A stretch of DNA of 64,000 nucleotides from Piromyces finnis finn (GCA_002104945.1 MCFH01000041.1:186001-250000), one strand, 5' to 3'. Shown: positions 1 through 17,415, counted from the first letter of the stretch. Made by a program: numbers and translations. Notes: generated by a model not told the origin, from the sequence alone.

Positions 1-95
1 AATTGAAAGGGCAAAGTCTTAAGTTTAATAGTAATTTGATTAATTATTTTTAACGATTTATTAATTTTTAAATTATTTAAACCTAAAATTAATAG

Positions 96-1506
96 GTTCA
101 TCCCGACTTTTTAAAATTACCAGGAAAAAGATTGTATGGTACATATAAAAAAGCATATAAAGTTTTAATTCGTATTTTAAATAATGTAGGTTGGGATAAT
201 TTATTACAATATCGTTCAAAAGTCTTCATTATGGAAGAAGAATATAAATTAAATGTTCAATTTAAAACTCCGGAATCTGAAGAAAAAATAGCGAATAAAG
301 AAAAAGAAATGAATAAGCTAAAGGTTAAAAAAAGAATGCAAAGTTTAGTAAGAAATAAGCCAGTTTTGGAATCAACCAATTCATTAATTGATAATAAATT
401 GAGTGAAAAAAATAATAAAAATACCAATACAACAGAAAAGAATGATGGAATAATAACAACACGTATTACACCATTCTCTGAAGATGCTAACGAAGAAAAA
501 ATGAACCAAAAAATAAATGAAATAAATTTAAATAAGGATGAAGAAAAACCAAAACAATCAGAAGAAAAGATTGTTATAGAATTTGATAATAAGGAAAATG
601 CCGAAAAGGAAAAAAAGGTTGTATTAAAATTTGAAAATGAAGAAGCATTAAATAGTATGGAAAGTCTTCGTATCAAATTCGATGAAGAAACTTCAAATAA
701 CGATAATGGTGAAGAAGTAAAAGAAGAAGATCAAGTAAGCTATAAACATTATTGAATATATACTAAATTATGATATTTTTATAAAATAAAATCGAACTAT
801 TAATTCAATTCAAATTTTTATCATAATAATAATAGTCTAAACAATTACCAAGAATGCATTCTTATAGGATGGCATTAACCACAAAACGTTTATGTGAACG
901 CTGGTTAGATAATATGTTTATGGTATTATATGAGGTAAGAATTAAAATATTGTTTTAAAAATAATTATCTAAATAGTTTTTAGTTGATTGAATATAATTT
1001 AATATTATTGTTAAAATAATTAAATAAATGATTAAAAATTACAGGATCTTAGAGTATTTTCATTGTATCAAGTTGAAGTTAAACAACCATATTTAATCAA
1101 GAAATTCTATTATAGTCAATCTGCTAAAGAATGGGAATTCTATGGTGATTTAGCTTTAAGATTGGGTTATAAGGTAATTTAAAATATTTATTATTTACTT
1201 CATTATTTAGTTTTACATATAATTAAAAACTATCTATCTTTATTAATAAATAAATATTAATAATATTGTTTGTTTTTCAATGATTATATATTTTAAAGGA
1301 TGAAGCCCTTGATGCTTATATTCGTTCATTTAACAGCAAATATTCTGTTGATTGTCTTGTTAAAATTTTAAGAATTCATACTGAATTTAAACAAATTAAT
1401 GCTGCTTTGAATATTATTAATCAATTAATACTTGTTAAAGAATATACTTTTGACAATTCTTTCGTAAGTATTTTATCTATCAATAATTTTAAAGAAAATA
1501 AAAATA

Positions 1507-1589
<83 letters not shown>

Positions 1590-1794
1590 AAAAATTTTAT
1601 AAAATAAAAAAAAAAAACTGTTTAAAATTTAATAGTATCCAAATGAAATATGTAATTCACTAGTAAGTCTTATTGATGTTGATGGTTTGGAAATAGTTAA
1701 CAATATTGCTACTAATTGTAGTCACTATGAATTAATAAAACCATACTTTGCCTATATTGAAAAATTAAATAAGAGAATTTGTACTAAAGAATAA
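96..1794 (+). CDS. ChAPs family (Chs5p-Arf1p-binding, BCH1/BUD7-like exomer cargo adaptor), 3' part; gene starts upstream of the window
   Basis: Phase-consistent GT-AG exons 96-734, 836-934, 1045-1173, 1299-1463, 1636-1794 (TAA). The translation has ChAPs motifs GWDNLLQYRSKVFIMEEEY, KRLCERWLDNMFMVLYEDLR and EWEFYGDLALRLG. Confidence 0.85.
1505..1586 (+). repeat. (TAA)n/(TTA)n head-to-head microsatellite in the last ChAPs intron
   Basis: A TAA run followed directly by a TTA run within intron 1464-1635. Confidence 0.9.
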
Positions 1795-1917
1795 AAATAT
1801 AGAGACTATTAATCAAGAAACTTTTAAAACTATTAAGATATATAAAAAATTTGAAAAAATATAACTTAATTTTATTTTAATAATTTAATTTTTTTTTTTT
1901 TTTTTACTTCCATTCTA

Positions 1918-1956
<39 letters not shown>

Positions 1957-2246
1957 TAATATAAATAAATAAATAATATTAAAGAGCATAAATAATAATT
2001 TATTATATATATAATTAATATGAATTTAAAAATATTGAATATAATACTGTTTTTAATATAAATATTTACTTTTTTAAGTATATTAAAAAAATTTTATAAA
2101 ATTGAAATTTGAAAATTAAACCAAAAAAAAAAGATAGTAATTCAGTTAAAAAAAAAAAAAGTTATTAATTATTTTGAATCTATATATTATGAAATGAAAT
2201 TAGTAATATTGAATATTTACATATTTAATTGTAAAAAAAAGATATT

Positions 2247-4005
2247 TTAATAATTATTATGAAACAAAAAGGATTCTTTACAAAAGCAATGAAATGGATG
2301 AAGATATTCAAAATTATGAGATTTTATTTTTTTATCTTTATCAAATGATAATACTGAAGTATTAGTTTTTTTATTACTTTCAGATGAACTTTTATTCTTT
2401 AAGGAATGATCACAAGATTTATAATGCCCATTTGAATCTACTTCAACTAAAGTGAAATCTTCTTTATTTTGATATTGATCATTTCTCAATTTTAAGTATT
2501 GATGAATCCGGTCTTTTATTTCTTTGTCGACTAAACCTAATGATATATTTTTCAATTTTGGACACTTTGTTACCATACGATATAAATTTTGTGAAGAAAA
2601 TTGAGAAGATCTACCATCACCACCTCTCATACACAATCCTAAAAATTGTAATTTAGGTGGACTATATTCACCAATATATTCTAATACTTTATCTGTTAAT
2701 AAATTACATGCACAAAGATGTAAATGACATAAATGTACTAATTTTGGTAATAAATGTTTTATTAATTCATCATTAACACAGTAGTTAGCCGAAAGATTTA
2801 AAGCCATAAGATTTGGACATGTCTCTTCAATTTGATACAATACATTTTCATTGAGGTATCTTCCACATGCTGACAAATCTAATGCCTCTAATTGACTACC
2901 AATAGTTTGTAGCATTTCCTTCCAAAATAAATGATTAGAAATAGTACCTGGAATATTAAATAATTCCATGGGATATCCTAATTCAGATAAAGAAAGCCAG
3001 GTCAATCCTTTTTGATGATATCCATTTAATGAACAATTTGTATTGTCATTTCTCTTCACTAAATCATAATCGTCTTTTAAAGTGGCATAATAACAACCAT
3101 GATTAAAAAAAATAGATAAATATCATAAAAATAAAAATATTTTATTAAAATAAATACAAATAAAAAATTATTATAAATATAAGGTAATATTTATTTAAAA
3201 AAAAATTAATTTATATTAATAAAAAATTAATACTATACCTCTCTTAGCGTATTTCCATACTGACGAAGAAGCATCCGTTAATGAGGAAAATGATATAGTT
3301 AACTCATTTAATTGCTTAAAACTTATTAAGATAGTTTTTAAAATGAGATCACTTATATACGATGCTGTTGAATTTCTACCTAGATGTAATTTTTTTAAGT
3401 AAGGACAATAATTTGCAATTTTTTCGAAATCTTTAACATAATAACTTATTCCACAACAATGAATATACAATCCTTCTAATTGAGGGCAAAATTTACAAAT
3501 GTCAATTAATTTATGCTCATTTAAAGATTTTATACCGATAAATTCTAATGAACTTAAATTAGTGTTATTTGTTTCAATAAGATGAATAAAACGATTAATT
3601 CGGGAATCAATTATAAAATCTAATGATTTATATTCATATATATTTAATGTTGAAGATAGTTCTTGAATGTCAGAAAAAGAAAAATTTTTGATACTTTAAA
3701 AAGAGTTAAAAAAAATAGAAAGACGTTAGTATTTTGAAAATCTCTTATATTACTTTATAATAATAATAAAGGAAATAGTATTATTACTATTCTATTCCTT
3801 TTCCAACTGCTGTTGAACAAATAAAATTTGTCCATTGTTTATTATTCGAAATTCTCAAGTTTTTCCAATATAAAGGTAATATAATAGAATTCCATTTCTT
3901 ATTAATTAATAAACATGGATAAAGTTCGGATCGTTTTAACCATTTGCACACATGATATATAATTTCTAAAGGTACAGCTCTAGATGACCAGTTTATCATA
4001 TACAT
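2247..4005 (-). CDS. F-box/leucine-rich-repeat protein (SCF substrate adaptor)
   Basis: Exons 4005-3788, 3693-3239, 3073-2247 join in frame. N-terminal F-box VPLEIIYHVCKWLKRSELYPCLLINKKW, followed by cysteine-containing LRRs (CPQLEGL, CPYLKKL, CPNLMALNLS, CPKLKNI). Confidence 0.85.
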
Positions 4006-4731
4006 TTAATGTATATATTTAATTTTGTTTGTATTTCTTTATCGATTTATCAATATTAATATGTTTATTATTAATATACTTGAAAAAAAAAAAAGTATTA
4101 TATATTATGTATATTAAATTTTTTTCTTGAGTTTTCCTTAATATTAAATATATAAAATATAACCATCAATTATTATTAAACATCAATAACCTTTATTTAA
4201 AATATAGATATATAGGTTATGCTTAATTAAATTTTAAACTTTTTTTTTATATCAAAAAGATTAAATAATTTGGTCAACAATTTAAATAATTTTAATTCGA
4301 TTTGGGAATCAGAAATTAACATTTATTTCTGTACATATAAAATAATAATAAATATAACTTTTTTTTTTAGTTGAAAGTGTAAAAAAAAAAAACATTACTT
4401 ATTTCTGATATATGATTTAAATATTTAATTAATAGTGACCTAGTTTTAATTTATTTAAAGAAAAGAAATCTTTTATTTTTTAAGATTTTCTTTTTGTTTT
4501 GATAGATGTATGTAAAATATACATTTATGAATATATATGTATAAATACTAATTATCATGTGATTCACTATTATTCCATAATAATCTTTTGAAAGATTATA
4601 ATTATATATTAATGAAAAAATTGAATATACATACACCTAATACTTTTCACTGGGTTTATTTATTTATTTACTAATTTTTTTTTTAAAAAAATATTAAAAA
4701 TAAAATAATAGAGATTTTCAATCTTACATTG

Positions 4732-4764
<33 letters not shown>

Positions 4765-4863
4765 AAGAAAATAGAATAAACTTAAAATAATAAAGTATAA
4801 TAGAAATTAATAAAAATAAAAAATATATATATAATTAATTTGATTTTTTAAAAAAAAGAAAAA

Positions 4864-5690
4864 ATGTTTAAATACGCTCTTTGTGCTGTTGGTATTTTAT
4901 TATTATCACATGCTTCTTATTCCACTTTACAACGTACTTATTAATAATTCTTATTTTAATCAAAAATATTATCTCTATAATTGAAACAATAAAAATAGTT
5001 TTAAATAAAATAAATATTTGATAATTAATGATGTGTTTTAATCACAATAAAATTAATATAAATACAAAGTTAAATTATATATAATTCAAGATTTTTAACA
5101 TTTCAACAATTTCTAAAGAATTATTAAATTAATAAAATAAACTCTTTTAAAAATAATTATAGAAATTAGAATCCAAAAAAACCAAGAAATCAGAAGTCAA
5201 TCATTACCTATTGATGTAAGTCAAATGTAATTGTTATAAATATATTAATAAAATACTAAAATAATAATTATGTTATTTCAATTTTTATATATACTTATCT
5301 ATTAATTTTTATATTTCTTTTTTGTTAATAACAGATAGTAGCAGAATGTTTAATTAGTATTGTCTTTATGTTAATTGGTGTAACTTTTGCAACTAAGAAC
5401 TTTGAAAACATTTCTCTTGATGAATCAAATAAGAATGTGTAAGCTATAATATTACATCTTTTAAAATTATATATATTTATTAAAGAAATATTCTATTAAA
5501 TCTTTAAATTATATAAGACAACTAATATTGAATATTTTTGTATTCTATCAATAATATATGATTTATATTTAATTTTTTACATTAAAAATTTAAAATTGAA
5601 TTTCAAATATTTAGTAAAATGGATACAATAAATACTCATTCCGATTTCCATGTCTTAAAAAACCGTAGTCGTGTTTTTAAATCAAACTAA
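4864..5690 (+). CDS. EMC5: ER membrane complex subunit 5 / membrane magnesium transporter (MMgT) family
   Basis: Not in the ORF track. Exons 4864-4933, 5163-5215, 5335-5438, 5615-5690 give MFKYALCAVGILLLSHASYSTLQ...SLPIDIVAECLISIVFMLIG...NTHSDFHVLKNRSRVFKSN*, with two TM helices and the LPxDI motif. Confidence 0.85.
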
Positions 5691-7126
5691 TTATTTAAAT
5701 GTTTTGAAAAATTAAAGGATAGAAAAAGGAAATATTAAAAAGAAAAAATTAAATATGCAAATAAATAAAATAAATATCAGTATTACAAAAGAAAATAATA
5801 ATTTTATTTCAGTTATTTTTAACAAGATAAATATTAATCATTGAAACATTTAATAAAATTTCATAAACTCACTATAATTAATATATAGCATTAAAAAATA
5901 TGATAATCATCTCAATCTGGTTATTATAATAAATAAATAAATAAATAAATAAAAATAAAAAATAAAAAATATCAACAACATATAATATAAAGTTAATTCT
6001 TTGTTGATTTTATTATATATTAAATATTATATATCCAAGTAAACCATTTTAAAAAGAGTTTATATTATTGGAATGATTGAATTACTTTATTTTATTTTTT
6101 GTAATTAAAAAAAAAAATAATTTTTGGAGATTAAAGAGCATTCTTAACATTGTTATTTAATTAAATAGAGATATTTGTTATAAAGAATTTTTATATATAT
6201 GCAAAATATAATTAATGTATTGTTTATATATAATGCTTGTTGAGTTATACGGCAATTTTAATAATAACCTATTTTTTTTAAACACTTTTATATCTGTAGT
6301 ATCATTAAATAGATATACATATCAAATCAATAAAAATTTATTTCAAATTTTAAATAATATATTTAATTAAATATATATTTAATATAAATAAATCTATTAA
6401 ATAAAATTCTTTATTTTTACCTTATTTTTTTTTTTTTATGTATAAAAGATAGAATAAAGTAGTTGACTGAAATAAACGAATACATAAAAGAGGAATTGCT
6501 TACTTTAATATATTAGATAGTAAATTAGTGTATGTTATCAAATAAATTTACAATTTAATTATAAAGATTTTTAAAAATAATAAATATAATCGAAAGAAAT
6601 GTATCATTTAGCCAATAATAAATATAAAGCAGCAAATTTAAAATATCTGTTTTATTAATCATTTATTTAAATTTAAAAGTTTTTTTTTTATATATATAAA
6701 AAAAAAAGGAAAAATAATAATAAGTAAATGATTTAAATTAAAACATATATATATTATTTGAAATTTCTTAATATTTTCAATTATTATATAAAAAAACAAT
6801 TAAACTAATCTTTCTTTCGATTTTTCATTGTAATATCACATATTAAAATTAACTTAACTTATACTAAATATTTTTATTTATTATTTTTTTTTTCATTAAT
6901 AGTGTATCAATCATTTCCTCTCTTTAACAAATAACATTTCAATTTAATTGCAATATAAGCATATATAACAATTGGATTTATAATATTTGATTAATATTTG
7001 ATTAATATATCCAATTTATTCATTAATATATAAAAATCGCTTTAATTCTATCAATAAAAAAAATATCAATCAAATAATTTTTATTGCTTCTAAAAAAAAA
7101 AAAAAAAAAAAACATACCATTAAAAT

Positions 7127-10099
<2,973 letters not shown>

Positions 10100-10424
10100 A
10101 TTAAAAAAAAAATTGAATAACTTTTTATTTTTAAATTATTATTAGTAAAAAAAAAAAAAAAAAAAAAAAAAATTATATAATATATTAATAAATTTATTTA
10201 AAATATAAATATAAAACAAAATATTTTTGTTTTATGTTTTTTTCTTTTCTCTTTATTTATTATACTACTTCATTTTTAAGTGAATAATTTTATAATAAAA
10301 ATAAAAAAAAAAGTTAATTACCTATTAAATTAAACAAAACCATGCATTTTTACTTTTTTATTTTTAAAAAGGGAATTATTATATTTATTTTTATTTATCC
10401 TTTACTTTTTCTATTTATTGTGTT

Positions 10425-10426
10425 TG

Positions 10427-10490
<64 letters not shown>

Positions 10491-10550
10491 TTTTATTTTA
10501 TTTTATTTTATTTTATTTTATTTTATTTTATTTTATTTTATTTATTTATT
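10425..10550 (+). repeat. (TTTA)n/(TTTTA)n microsatellite between two convergent genes
   Basis: Direct reading. Confidence 0.9.
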
Positions 10551-10611
10551 TGTAATAACTGAATTAAGAAATATATAAAAAATATTATTTATATATATTT
10601 TTGTTTGACTC

Positions 10612-12023
10612 TTAAAGTGGAACATCAGTTTCATCATGTTTTAACTTAAATTCCATAACTGGAATAAATGGTAAAATACCAAGAAGTAAACCACCAAGTA
10701 AAGCAAGTTCAACAATGAATAAGATGATGTGAGTAACAAAATCAACTGTTTTTACATCAAGAGAAAAGAAAGTAAATACAAGATCAAAGCAAATAAGAAC
10801 ATACCAAAGAGACCAGAAGTAAGATATAAGGGATTCATTAGTACCTCTAGAATAACCAATCTTCTTTTGAATAATTATTTCACCAATAGAAACAATAGCC
10901 ATTAAGTAAGAAGGAATGAAAAATACGATATAATAAGGTGGATTGCTATTAAAAGCAATGAAAAAAAGAATGTTTTGAATTAATCTTAAAACATCAGTTT
11001 TAAAGATGTTTAATGCAAGTAAGCCAATGGAACAAGAAGCACAAGCACCTTTCTTTCCTTCTTTGTTCATTGAACATTTTGAATTATTAATACCGATAAG
11101 ATATTTTACATAAGTGTTTCCTCTTAATAAAATAGAATCAACATCTTTTCCAGTATTAATACCTTCAACACCGATTTTGAATTTAGCAAAGTCTTGGTAA
11201 AGAACTAAAGCTTCAAATAAAATATATGGAATGCATCTACAATAGAAGCAACTCTTTTCTTCATTATCAAAGTATTTAATTAATGCATATTGGAATAATA
11301 ATAATAAAATGCACTTAACTATACTAATACAGTTGCTCATTTTTATTTCTTGTTTACTTTTTTCTTTCTTTTCTCCTTCACTAGTAATATATTTCATTTC
11401 ATTTTTGTGTTTGACAAGAATCATAATAATATAGATAACAACAATTAATATTGATGGAATGAATGCAACAAAGAATGGAGCTTCAAAGTATCTAAGGTAT
11501 CTTATTACTAAAGTAAAAATTGAAATGATCATTAATACAACAATGAAAAATGATAAAAATAACATTTTCATAAGGAATGAATTTGGTTTTTCTTCAACAA
11601 TGTTTGGATAATAATGTTGGAAAAATTCGCATATAAGAATACTAATACTTCCAAATTCATCATAGTATTTCTTTAAAGTAGCGTTATTTAATATTCTGTC
11701 AGATCTAAGTACTTTTTGGTACTATATAAATATTAATATTTAAAATATATAAATTAAAAATTGTAAATTTTATATATATATTTTTTTAAAAAAAATAATA
11801 AATTAATAAATTCAAAATATCTATAATATTTAGAATCTCTTATTAAACTTATTAAAATAATACTTACTTTACTGATTTCATCAGGATTAGTAACTGGATT
11901 GTACCTATAATAATTAATGTGTTTAACAATTTTTTAATTTTTAAATTAGTTTCACATTTTAACATAATTCTCTAACATTTTTATATAAATTATAAAAATT
12001 AAGAATAACTTAATATGAAAAAG

Positions 12024-12073
<50 letters not shown>

Positions 12074-12352
12074 TCTCCAAATTTAAAAAGAACGAAGAAT
12101 TTTAAAATTCAAAATAAAAAAAAAAAATAACAATGTTACATAATTTTCGGACTTTAATACTTACTTCTTTAATAATTCATTGGCAGTACTTTTTAAAGTT
12201 TCCTCGGATGCATCAGTCTTAAGACCTAAATGATCATAAAAGTTTTTAACAGAATAGTCTACAACTGGAACTTGTGGTCTTGGAGAAGGAACTTCGGTTA
12301 TTTCTTCACCCTCAACTTTTGATAATATAGGATTTTTCTCTTCAGTTGACAT
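10612..12352 (-). CDS. Multi-pass membrane protein with an N-terminal DnaJ-like domain (HPD motif absent); TM region possibly TMEM185-like
   Basis: Exons 12352-12165, 11904-11868, 11721-10612 join in frame: KNFYDHLGLKTDASEETLKSTANELLKKYNPVTNPDEISKYQKVLRSDRILNNATLKKYYDEFG, then multiple hydrophobic helices. Confidence 0.7.
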
Positions 12353-12709
12353 ATTTTTTATATATTTTGTTTTATATATTTTGTTTTATTTATTTTTTAT
12401 TTGTTTATTTGTTTGTTTTTTTTATATTTCTTATTTATTTTTATTTTATTTTAATTATCTAAAATGTTCTTTTTTCTTCTATTTTTATATTTATTTTTTT
12501 TTTTTTATACTTTTTTCTTTTTTTTTATTATCAATATTTTTAATAATAATTTAGATTTTTATAAAGCTTTTTTTAATAGATTAAAATTTTTTATTTCTTA
12601 AATTCTATTTTATATGTTAGATTTAAAAAATTATTATATGATAAGTGGTGGATTTAAATTTAAATAGAATAATATATTGAAAAATTATAGAAATACTTTT
12701 TTAAATATT

Positions 12710-12747
<38 letters not shown>

Positions 12748-13594
12748 GTAGCTTACAGTTCTATTATTTACTGTAATTTCTTTTATTACATTATTATTTA
12801 TTCTCACTAAAAATAGTAATATTGAATCAAATTTTTTGTTTATATTATTTTTACTTTCTATAATATTTTGATGTGGATTAGATTACATAATTCAATAATC
12901 ATATGATAATTCAAAATGTGACTTTTAAACTTTGAGTATTAACAAAATAATTAGACCATGATATATAATAATATCAATAATAAATAATTGAATAATAATA
13001 AATAATAGATGTTAATAATAATAATTAATAAGTTTATTTAAATACATAGTAAGAAATTAAAAATCATATTCATGTTAATAAGATAGAATTATAATTATAC
13101 ACTAATGTCAATTAATACATTTTTATTATTATTATTATTTATTATATTTCAAAATTAATTACTATGTAAAAATGTATATGAATATTTTTAAGAATTTATT
13201 AATAAATGAATAAACATGTAAATATTAGTTATATGATTATAAGCTTTTGTAATATTGTAGTATAATTAAGTTTTAATGAATTATATAATACATCAGATAC
13301 CATTTTAAATATTTAATGGAATATTACCATGTAAAAGCATTACTATATTTACTATGTTTAATATTAGATATGATAGATTAAAAAAAAAAGTTTTTGAAAC
13401 TATGTTTTAAACATACTAATATATAATTGATACCATTTAAAACAAAATAAAATAATAGTAATAATAATAAGAAGAAAAAGATAAAACCGTTGAATTAAAA
13501 AAAAGAAAATATATTAAATTCATAAAATAAGAGGATATATATTTTATTTGAAAAAGTATTGCTTTGATAATATCTGTTATAATGTTTTAAAAAG

Positions 13595-15136
13595 TTAGGA
13601 TTTATATAAAAGTCGATTATTATATTCCCTTTCTATAATCATATTAATAAAGGCTTTTTCATTTTTAGAGAGAAGGATAACATCTTCTTCATTTTCAATA
13701 TAATAACAAAAAGGAGGCTCATTAGACCATTTTCTATCATCATTATCCTTTTCAGTAATATAGGAATTAAAATCTAAAAACATATTTGAATTATCAAATT
13801 CATTAACTTCTAAATGACCTTTCCAAAATACAATTTGCTTATCCTCCATTGTATGAGCAATATGTCCACAAAATACATTTTCTATACTATTTTCTTGTGA
13901 AGTGGGCTGTATTGATCCAATAAATGTAATAGGTTGTGGACTCATATAATAATGTTGATGGGCCAAATCAAACCCCATCCAAAAGGTTTCTTTATTGTTA
14001 TAAACATAACGATATATTATTCCTTTACGAATAGCATATTCATTTAATTTACAAACAGAAAGAAGACCTAAAATTGCTTTCTCTTTATTAATGACTATAG
14101 TGCTAGAATCCATTTCATGAATAGTGAGACCATTCCAAAAACGTAAACTTTTTGTTTCTTCTAATGGATTTTTAGTCCATTCTTTAAACCATAATAAACT
14201 TTCATTGGGTATATTTTTTGATATTGTACGGTCACGGAAGAAAAGTGTTCCAGTTTCTTCGTATCCTTTCGATTTAAAAAGTTCAGCCGGATCCCGAATA
14301 AAAAAGATATCAGCATCAATAAGAATAACTTCCGTAAATCTTGAAGCTAATATAGCGAAGGGTTTTATAGCCCAATTTTTACATTTTATTATATCATCAT
14401 TAAAATATTCCTCTAAATTTGAAAGGTAAACCTTTGAATATGCTAGTAGTATTTGCTGTTCTTCTATAGTTAAGTCATCTTCTCCATTATAAAATACTTC
14501 AATAGGAAGTTTTGTTTTTATTAGATTTCTTAGAGTATCTATGGTACTTTGAATATATTTAAAATGAAAGCTTCCTGTACAAATAACAATACCTCTACCA
14601 TGGAATGAACCAATTAATTCATCAATGGCTAAAAAGCGTTTACCATATATCCAAGGGTATAAGTTCTTATGAACTTTATTATAAAGATTAAACAAGGATT
14701 CATTTTCTCTTTGATATTTAAATATAGATTTTAAAATATGGTTATATGTAAAAATATCAGTACCAAAGAGTCTCTCCCATAGTATTCTATGTAAATCTGT
14801 TTTTTCTCTTAATAAATTCATATTTTTTAATTCATCCATAGAATCAATAGTATTTGTTATATACTTTTTAAATGAAGATATCATTTTTGTATTTTCGTCT
14901 ATTTTATCTCTGTTTTTGAAAGATAAAACTTTGTCATTTATATTTTCTATGCTATCATTTACTACTGTTACTTTATTTCTATAAATGTGTTTTGGAGGTT
15001 TGATTCTTTTAGAAGATTTAATAACATTATCTTTTCTCACTATTGAAATAAAATAATATAATGAAGTTAAAAATATAATGAGAATAGTAACTAAATAAAT
15101 TATGCTTATTTTTATTTTAATCCCAAATTTCATCAT
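13595..15136 (-). CDS. Alpha-1,3-mannosyltransferase-like glycosyltransferase (GT71, MNN1/MNT family), type II membrane protein, intronless
   Basis: 513-aa ORF with an N-terminal TM anchor and motifs GRGIVIC, LPIEVFY, WAIKPFAILASRFTEVILIDAD (DxD), TGTLFFRDR and KETFWM. Confidence 0.88.
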   Translation of the reverse strand: MMKFGIKIKISIIYLVTILIIFLTSLYYFISIVRKDNVIKSSKRIKPPKHIYRNKVTVVNDSIENINDKVLSFKNRDKIDENTKMISSFKKYITNTIDSMDELKNMNLLREKTDLHRILWERLFGTDIFTYNHILKSIFKYQRENESLFNLYNKVHKNLYPWIYGKRFLAIDELIGSFHGRGIVICTGSFHFKYIQSTIDTLRNLIKTKLPIEVFYNGEDDLTIEEQQILLAYSKVYLSNLEEYFNDDIIKCKNWAIKPFAILASRFTEVILIDADIFFIRDPAELFKSKGYEETGTLFFRDRTISKNIPNESLLWFKEWTKNPLEETKSLRFWNGLTIHEMDSSTIVINKEKAILGLLSVCKLNEYAIRKGIIYRYVYNNKETFWMGFDLAHQHYYMSPQPITFIGSIQPTSQENSIENVFCGHIAHTMEDKQIVFWKGHLEVNEFDNSNMFLDFNSYITEKDNDDRKWSNEPPFCYYIENEEDVILLSKNEKAFINMIIEREYNNRLLYKS

Positions 15137-16040
15137 TATTACAATAAAATTGTTAAATACTCTGAATTATATAATACACCAATATTTTTCTTTTATAAAT
15201 TTTAATAATAAAATCTGAGTAGCTAGAGAAGTAGTGTAAAAATATTTTATTAACTCACTAATATATAAAAGCATCAAAATAATAGATATAATGATATAAT
15301 GACATGATAGTGTTTTATCAATATTTATTAATTTTAATAATATTTTTTATAATTTCATGTTAAAATATTTTTTAATTATTTTTTTTAATTACACAAATTA
15401 ATTTATATCTTTTTTAATTAAAGTTTATGTATATTTTTTAAAGATATATTTAATTAAAATTTTTATTTTTACATTTTAAGAATATTTACAAAAAAAAACA
15501 ACTTTTCATTTAAAAAGAAAAGAGGATATATGACTAAAAACCGTTAATTAAGAAAGCTCTACTTATAATATTAAACTATTTAATTGTATTATCAAATTAT
15601 ATATATTTAACACAAAGAAGATATTATGTAATAATAATAAAAGAAAAAGCAGATCAGATTATACATTTTAATTTTTGCTAAAAAAATTAAAGTGTACTAT
15701 TTAAAAATAATATATTTCATTTATTAATATTATTCTTGTAGTAATGAATAAAAAACAAAATAAAATAAAGTACACATAAATAATTAAAATTTAATAATGT
15801 TATGAAAGATGTGAGTTAAATCATAATAAATTTTAATATTTTTATTGTTCCAATATCAACAATTGTTTTTTATGCTTCTTTATTATGTTTTCATTTTAGT
15901 AAATTTATTATTTTATTTTACATCCATCATTGTTTTTAAAATGTTAGCTTTTTCAACGAAAAGAAAAACTAAGTATTTTAACATAAATATATTCATTTAA
16001 ACCTATGTAATAATAGATCTGTTCATTTATTTAAATGCGG

Positions 16041-16047
<7 letters not shown>

Positions 16048-16091
<44 letters not shown>

Positions 16092-16176
16092 ATGAATAAA
16101 TGAATAAATTAATAAATAAATAAATAAATAAATGAATAAATGAATAAATTAATAAATAAATAAATGAATAAATGAA

Positions 16177-16230
<54 letters not shown>
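16048..16230 (+). repeat. (TAAA)n microsatellite with TGAA variants
   Basis: Direct reading. Confidence 0.92.
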
Positions 16231-16232
<2 letters not shown>

Positions 16233-17415
16233 GTAAAGTGAAATTTCTTTCTGCAGGTAATAACTTGCTGTTTCACTTGAATTTTTTTAATTTTATTTTA
16301 ATTATGATTCTATTGCCACTTTATCATTTTAATAAAAATTTTGTGTGACCCTACCCTTTTTAATATTTTAAACAATATATAAATAATAATATATTTATAT
16401 TAAAATACATAATTATTATTTAAATTTATTTAAAAAGATATATTAAGGTATATCAATTATATAATATATTAAATCACATTTAAAATTTATATAAATACAT
16501 TTGTAATATATTTTAAATATATCTTTATTTAATTAAATTATTATTTAATTTATAAATTATAATATAATATGAAAATCATTTATTGGATAAATTAAGTATG
16601 CATTCATTTCAAATAGGTTACTATTTATTTTAATACAGAAACTAAAGATAGATAGCTCGACTAGTTTTTTACTATTTATTCTATTTGATTTGTAATTATT
16701 ATACTAATTAAAAGAATAATTAAATTGTTCATTATATATATTTATTCGTTATTAGTAGCATTCATATATTATTAAAGGTATTATATATTAACAATTAATG
16801 TTTCATTTTTTATTCTAAACGTTTTCTATAATGAACACAAATTTTCAATCAAATTTGTTAATAATATATTAAATTATATTTAATTTTAATAAAAATTTTT
16901 TTTATTATATTTCATAAATATATAATATAATCTTTTTAATTATACACAGTATGTTTCTATATTCAAAGTATCCTAATAATATATAATAATAATATAATGA
17001 ATTAAGTATATAATTCAATATAAAAAAAAGTACAAAAAAAGTAAATCCTTTTTTTATTTATTTTTTTTATGTATCACAAAACTTTATTATTATTTAAATT
17101 TGAATAGTTAATAAAAAATTTTTTATTATTGATAATCAAAAAAAAAAAAAAAAAAAAAGCAAAAAAATAAAATAAATATATTAATATAAATATATAATAT
17201 AATATACTCTCAATATAATAATATTTTATATTACTATTTATTAACTAATAATTTAATTTCTATTATCAATATATTATCATTTATTAGATTTAATTAAGGA
17301 TTACTTTATTTTATTTTTTTTAAAAAAATTAATATATTTTTATTTTACATTTTAAAAATAAAAAATAAAATTATATAATAAATAAGTTTTCTTTAGTTTA
17401 TATTTAAAAAAAAAA

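Noticed and set aside
257-676. Antisense or alternative-frame ORFs (also 9873, 14124, 19016, 19126, 19609, 25039, 33341, 33842, 34024, 36616, 39346, 40022, 59002-61237 set)
   Set aside because: They are shadows of well-supported genes with no independent motifs.
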